Shown here in pieces: positions 59,384-64,000 of a stretch of DNA of 64,000 nt. The stretch spans positions 1 through 64,000 of the forward strand of contig CBDCNQ010000004.1 of NCBI GenBank assembly GCA_965219445.1, given 5' to 3'. The DNA is from Longimicrobiales bacterium. Lineage in GTDB: Bacteria; Gemmatimonadota; Gemmatimonadetes; Longimicrobiales; Gaopeijiaceae. The number at the start of each line of letters is the position of its first letter. Position 1 is the first letter of the stretch. The position numbers and the translations under genes were made by a program. Under the pieces are notes generated by a model. That model was not told the origin of the DNA. It made no database searches and saw nothing but the letters and a program-made list of their open reading frames with translations.

Positions 59384-60934
59384 ATGAAGGTGGTTTTCGC
59401 AGTTCTCGCCTCTATCATTATGCCGTTTGGCTTGGGGGCACAGGAGTTCTCGGAACCGCTCCTCCCGGCCGGACAACTCCGGCTCGAGGTCAATTCGGTC
59501 TTCCTGTTCGCGGATGAGCGTTTCGGCCGACGCATGGAGGGCGCATCACTCATCGAGGAGGACGAACCGCTCGGGTTCGACTTCGAGGACACCGCGGCAG
59601 GTGCCCGTCTGTTCCCTGCCCTCGAAGATCTGGAGGCGAACCTGATGACGGCTACGGGGGCGGCCGTCACACCGGTGGTGCTCGGCCAGACTCGGGCGGT
59701 TCTGACGAAGGACGCTGTCTGGCTTCCGATCCGGCTGGACCTGGGCGTATTCGACTGGCTGAGCGTTGGCGCTACGGTTCCGTTCTCGCGACGCCGCGCC
59801 GAGTTCGAGACGTCCATCCAAACTGACGGAGCCAACGTTGGCCTGACGCCCGGCACGGCGGGCGACTTCCTCGGGTCTGTGTCGGCGGCCAACGACGCCC
59901 TTTCGCTCATTAATACGACGTTGTGTACATCGGATCCCTCGAGTCCGGAGTGCTCCCAAGCGACCAGCCTTTTGGCTGAGGGCCAGAGCTTCCATGGAGC
60001 TCTGACAGACGGGGCGGCTCATGGCGTGTTCCCGCTCGAAGGCTCCGATACGGGGGGGGCGCTCCAGGACCGCGTGACCACGCTTGTGAATGCCTATCAG
60101 GCGGTCGGGGTCTCGTCCTTTCCGGCGTCGATCCCCTTGGCCACTGAAGTGTTGACCGAAGCGACATACTTGGACCTGGTGAGGAAGGCCCGGCCGGTCG
60201 GCGTCGAGGGCGATTCCCTCAAGACCTGGAGGAGCCCCTGGGAGATGGGCGATGTGGAGATTCATGCCCGCGCCCGTCTGTGGGGGATCGGCCAAGAGGC
60301 CAGTCCAGAGGGGTCGGAGCCCACCCTCAGCCTGGAGATCGGCGCGGGCGCGCTCTTTCGATTTGGCACGGGCCGGACGGACTCTCCGCGGAACTTTATC
60401 GACACGGGGAGCGGAGACGGTCAGTACGACATCGAGTTGAGCGTGTTCGGAGCGTTGAGCGTTGGAAGTCGCCTCGGCATCGTGGGAGACCTCGCGTATG
60501 GGCTCCAGCAACCCGTCCAGGTCCTCAAGCGGATCGCGGCTCCCGAGCGGATCTTCGCCCCTCTCATCCCGGCTGAGCAGGTGGTGCGTTGGAACCCCGG
60601 CGACTACACGCAGCTTCGTGTATCCCCGCGAGTGTACCTGACACAAGAGGTCGCCGTGGCGTTCGATCTCCGGTACTTCTCGAAGAAGGCGGATCGCTAC
60701 CGCTCGGTCGGCGCCGCGGTGGGACCCAGTGCCGGTTTACTCGACCTCGAGACCAAACAGCGGTTCCTCGGCGTCGGCGGTGGCCTCGTCTTCTCTACGG
60801 TGCAAAGCGGGCGAGGCCGACCGCTAGAAGCCCGATTCTTCTTTCAGCAGGCGGTGTCGGGAAGTGGAGGTCTGACCCCGAAAACCTGGCGTGTCGAGGT
60901 CGGGCTGCGCTTTTATCGAGGCCTTTGGCAGTAA
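59384..60934 (+). CDS. Hypothetical secreted/outer-membrane protein
   Basis: Signal peptide; beta-strand-rich C-terminus. Confidence 0.7.
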   Translation: MKVVFAVLASIIMPFGLGAQEFSEPLLPAGQLRLEVNSVFLFADERFGRRMEGASLIEEDEPLGFDFEDTAAGARLFPALEDLEANLMTATGAAVTPVVLGQTRAVLTKDAVWLPIRLDLGVFDWLSVGATVPFSRRRAEFETSIQTDGANVGLTPGTAGDFLGSVSAANDALSLINTTLCTSDPSSPECSQATSLLAEGQSFHGALTDGAAHGVFPLEGSDTGGALQDRVTTLVNAYQAVGVSSFPASIPLATEVLTEATYLDLVRKARPVGVEGDSLKTWRSPWEMGDVEIHARARLWGIGQEASPEGSEPTLSLEIGAGALFRFGTGRTDSPRNFIDTGSGDGQYDIELSVFGALSVGSRLGIVGDLAYGLQQPVQVLKRIAAPERIFAPLIPAEQVVRWNPGDYTQLRVSPRVYLTQEVAVAFDLRYFSKKADRYRSVGAAVGPSAGLLDLETKQRFLGVGGGLVFSTVQSGRGRPLEARFFFQQAVSGSGGLTPKTWRVEVGLRFYRGLWQ

Positions 60935-60947
60935 GACTCGTCGGCAG

Positions 60948-62612
60948 CTAATCGTTGGCAGCGAGCAGCTCCTTGGCGTGGTCCTGCGAGGTCTCGGATT
61001 CGGGATCGCCCCCCAGCATTCGCGCGATCTCCCGCACACGGGCATCGCCCGAAAGTCCCTTTACGTCCGCAGCGGCGAGCCCTTCGCCGTCACTCTTCTC
61101 CACGAACAGATGACTGCGGGCTTGTGAGGCGAGTTGCGGAAGATGGGTCACGACGAACACCTGATGGTAACGGGCCACATCCTTCAGCTTGGCGCCAACC
61201 AACGTGGCAACCTGCCCCCCGATTCCGGCGTCGATTTCGTCGAAAACCAACGTCGGAACCTCATCGACCTGCGCCAGAATCGCCTTCAGGGTCAGCATGA
61301 CCCTCGACAACTCACCGCCGCTGGCCACTCGCGCGAGCCCGGAGGGCGGAAAGCCAGCATTGACCGAGACCAGGAACTCGACGGATTCGGCTCCATGGGA
61401 TCTCACCTCGGGAAGAGCGTCCATCTGGACCTTGAAGGTCGCGGCCGACAGGCCCAGGTCGGGCAGCAGCGCCTCGACCTCTTCCTCGAGGCGGGTCGCC
61501 GCCTTCCGCCTCTTCTTGCTGAGGCGGGCTGCAGCGGAAGCGAGGCTTTCTTGCATGCGTTCGACATCGGCGGTGAGGGCGTCCTCGTCCCAGCCTCCGT
61601 CCTCTAGCTCGCTCAGCTCCCCTCGGACCCGTTCCCTCGCCGCCACGACGTCCTCTGACGTGGGGCCGTACTTCCTCTTGAGCGAGTGAATCACGTCGAG
61701 CCGGGCACGAACCTCCTCGAGCCGCCCGGGATCATGAATGACGGTGCCCACGTAGTCGCTCAGCTCCCGACCGACCTCGGCGAGTGTGTGATACGCCTCC
61801 TCGAGCTCCTTGTGAGGTGCATCCAGCGACGAATCCCACTCCTTCAGCCGGGCAAGAGTCTGGGCCAGACCGGAAATTTTTTCGGTAATTGCACCCTCCG
61901 TGTCGTACAGCTCACCGTGGACCCTCGTGGCCTCACCGAGAAGCTCCTCGGAGTGCTCGAGGCGCCGACTCTCTTCCGTAAGCTCCTCCTCCTCTCCGGG
62001 CTGTACGTTCGCCTCATCGAGCTCACTCATTTGGAAGCGGAGGAATTCGACCCGACTCGCGAGTTCCTGGCGATGCTCCCGCAGCTCCTTCAACTGGGCT
62101 TCCAGCTTGGAAAGGTTTTGGAACTCCTCCGCCACCGCGGTCGCGTCGGACCCGGCTTCACCGAAGGCGTCCAAGATGCCGCGCTGCGTGTCCTTCCTCA
62201 GAAGCGTCTGATGTTCGTGCTGTCCGTGCAGATCTACTAGGGATCGTCCCAGATCTCCCACCGTGCGGGCCGTGGTCGGGGACTCATTGATCCAGGCGCG
62301 GTTCCTGCCCGCCGCCGCCACCTCTCGCCGAAGGATCAACAGGCCATCCTCGGCCTCGATTCCGAGTTCGCTCACCTGAGCCATGAGCTTCGGATGTCCC
62401 GACACGTCGAAGACCGCCTCGACCATGGCCCGCTCCGCGCCGGAACGCACCTTGTCGCTAGACGCGCGCTCGCCCAACAGAAGCGAGAGCGCGCCGACGA
62501 TGATCGACTTCCCCGCCCCGGTCTCCCCGGAGAGAGCACTCAACCCGGGTCCCAGCTCAAGGGTCAGATCATGGATGACTGCGTAGTCACGAATGCGGAG
62601 TTCAATGAGCAT
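60948..62612 (-). CDS. recN: DNA repair protein RecN
   Basis: GETGAGKS, HGQHEHQ, ASGGELSR and FDEIDAG motifs. Confidence 0.97.
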   Translation of the reverse strand: MLIELRIRDYAVIHDLTLELGPGLSALSGETGAGKSIIVGALSLLLGERASSDKVRSGAERAMVEAVFDVSGHPKLMAQVSELGIEAEDGLLILRREVAAAGRNRAWINESPTTARTVGDLGRSLVDLHGQHEHQTLLRKDTQRGILDAFGEAGSDATAVAEEFQNLSKLEAQLKELREHRQELASRVEFLRFQMSELDEANVQPGEEEELTEESRRLEHSEELLGEATRVHGELYDTEGAITEKISGLAQTLARLKEWDSSLDAPHKELEEAYHTLAEVGRELSDYVGTVIHDPGRLEEVRARLDVIHSLKRKYGPTSEDVVAARERVRGELSELEDGGWDEDALTADVERMQESLASAAARLSKKRRKAATRLEEEVEALLPDLGLSAATFKVQMDALPEVRSHGAESVEFLVSVNAGFPPSGLARVASGGELSRVMLTLKAILAQVDEVPTLVFDEIDAGIGGQVATLVGAKLKDVARYHQVFVVTHLPQLASQARSHLFVEKSDGEGLAAADVKGLSGDARVREIARMLGGDPESETSQDHAKELLAAND

Positions 62613-62665
62613 GAATCAATTTACCGAGTGCAATGCGGGGATCCCACAAAAATCTGCGGGTCCCA

Positions 62666-63649
62666 CTAACCGGTGTGCCGTGCCGCCCAGTTGAGCTTGC
62701 GCCGGAGCGTTCCGAAAAAATTCTGCCCGGCAAACCGGACCAGCGGGATCTGGATTTCTGAACGTCCGATGTGGATCTCCGCACCCGTCTCGAAGTCGTT
62801 CGCGACCTGTCCGTCCGCCGTTACCACCAAATCCTTCGTCCGTTCGATCGGACTGATGGCGACCCGCTGTGTTCCCGGAATCACCAGGGGTCGCATGGCC
62901 AGGGTGTGTGGACAGATGGGCGTGACAATCAAGCAGTCGACCGACGGCACGACGATGGGTCCGCCCGCCGACAGCGAATAGGCCGTCGAGCCCGTGGGCG
63001 TGGCCACGATCAGTCCGTCCGCCGAGAAGCTGCCCATCTCCTGCCAGGCACCGTCCCCTTCGGCCCCGCCATTCGGTCCGTCTGCCCCGTTCGTTCGTGC
63101 CGCTCTCTCTTGGACCCGGAGGTCCAGCCGAGTCACACGAGCGCCCCCCCGCTTATGAATCACGAAGTCGTTCCACGCGAACATCGGCTCCCCTCGCGAC
63201 GCGTCGGGATGGACGATACGAGCCTCCAGCGTGTACCGACGATCGAGCACGTAGTCGCCGTTCAAGACCAACGCCAGGTGTTCCTCGAACTCCGCCTGCG
63301 GAAGGGCCGTGAGGAAACCGAGGTGCCCGAGATTCACACCGAGAACCGGGATGTCTCGTCCGGCGACTGACCGGCCCGCCCGCAGCAGCGTTCCGTCCCC
63401 GCCCAATGCGATCAGGAGATCGATCGGGTCGGCATCGAGATCCATGCCCTTGGCCCCTTCGGGTGCCAAGTCGGTGAGGCGTTCCTCGAAGGCGAGATCG
63501 ATCTGGTGGTTGCTGGCGAAGTGGACCAACCGATCGACGCAGCCGGGCACGTCATCGTTGTCCGGACGGCCCGCGACGCCGATACGTCTCAGACCGGCCC
63601 CTGTACCGACGCCGACGGCGCCTTCGGTCGGTGCGGCCCGCCCACTCAC
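62666..63649 (-). CDS. nadK: NAD+ kinase
   Basis: GGDGT and TPTGSTAYSLSAGGP motifs. Confidence 0.95.
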   Translation of the reverse strand: MSGRAAPTEGAVGVGTGAGLRRIGVAGRPDNDDVPGCVDRLVHFASNHQIDLAFEERLTDLAPEGAKGMDLDADPIDLLIALGGDGTLLRAGRSVAGRDIPVLGVNLGHLGFLTALPQAEFEEHLALVLNGDYVLDRRYTLEARIVHPDASRGEPMFAWNDFVIHKRGGARVTRLDLRVQERAARTNGADGPNGGAEGDGAWQEMGSFSADGLIVATPTGSTAYSLSAGGPIVVPSVDCLIVTPICPHTLAMRPLVIPGTQRVAISPIERTKDLVVTADGQVANDFETGAEIHIGRSEIQIPLVRFAGQNFFGTLRRKLNWAARHTG

Positions 63650-64000
63650 GCAGACTCCACCGCCGCCGACACCGCGTCTCCCAACATCCTGCGGGCCTCC
63701 GTGGCGATCCCTTCTGCGTCGAGCCCGAGATCGTGAAGGAGCTCGTCACGTCCGCCGTGCTCGACGAACTGGTCGGGGAGTCCCAGACACCGCACGTCGA
63801 TCGTATCCTCTGACGAGAGGGCCGATAGCTCCCGGACCATGTGGGCACCGAACCCGTTGATCACGGCGCCTTCCTCGATCGTGATCACGCGCCGATGTCG
63901 CTCGGCCACATCTCTGAGGACCTCGCGATCGTACGGTTTCAGGAAACGGCAGTTCACGACCTCCGCCTGAAAGCCGCGGGACGCCAGCGCCTCTGCGGCC
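63646..64000 (-). CDS. dxs: 1-deoxy-D-xylulose-5-phosphate synthase, 3' end (partial)
   Basis: VNCRFLKP, TIEEG and GLPDQFVEHG motifs; dxs-nadK-recN synteny. Confidence 0.85.
   Translation of the reverse strand, partial: AAEALASRGFQAEVVNCRFLKPYDREVLRDVAERHRRVITIEEGAVINGFGAHMVRELSALSSEDTIDVRCLGLPDQFVEHGGRDELLHDLGLDAEGIATEARRMLGDAVSAAVESA

Overview
High-GC bacterial chromosomal window. A Gemmatimonadota-like origin is only my impression from gene content. Host genes include glnS with a YqeY extension, a Na+/solute symporter, two sigma54-type minor-pilin clusters, tRNA-Cys, tRNA-Gly, recN, nadK and the 3' end of dxs. A ~26.1 kb degenerate prophage (11103-37209) with an intact tyrosine integrase and excisionase splits the first gene (pilX-like) of one pilin operon at a 14-bp att core; excision would restore the reading frame exactly. 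The most novel signal lies inside the prophage, next to the lysis genes. An 87-nt tRNA has a complete tRNA-Leu body but an alanine anticodon (CGC), so it is predicted to insert Leu at GCG codons. It is followed by a separately promoted and terminated ~70-nt RNA whose first 19 nt are perfectly antisense to its anticodon arm, and its own 5' leader holds a second, imperfect antisense copy. Together these form a candidate all-RNA mistranslating-tRNA / anti-tRNA toxin-antitoxin module. The window also has a probable UGA-selenocysteine DUF411 gene and an IS1111-type IS110 element whose guide segments can be read directly. Several single-base frameshifts, some in host genes, suggest assembly indel errors. 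All family assignments are by eye, without database searches.
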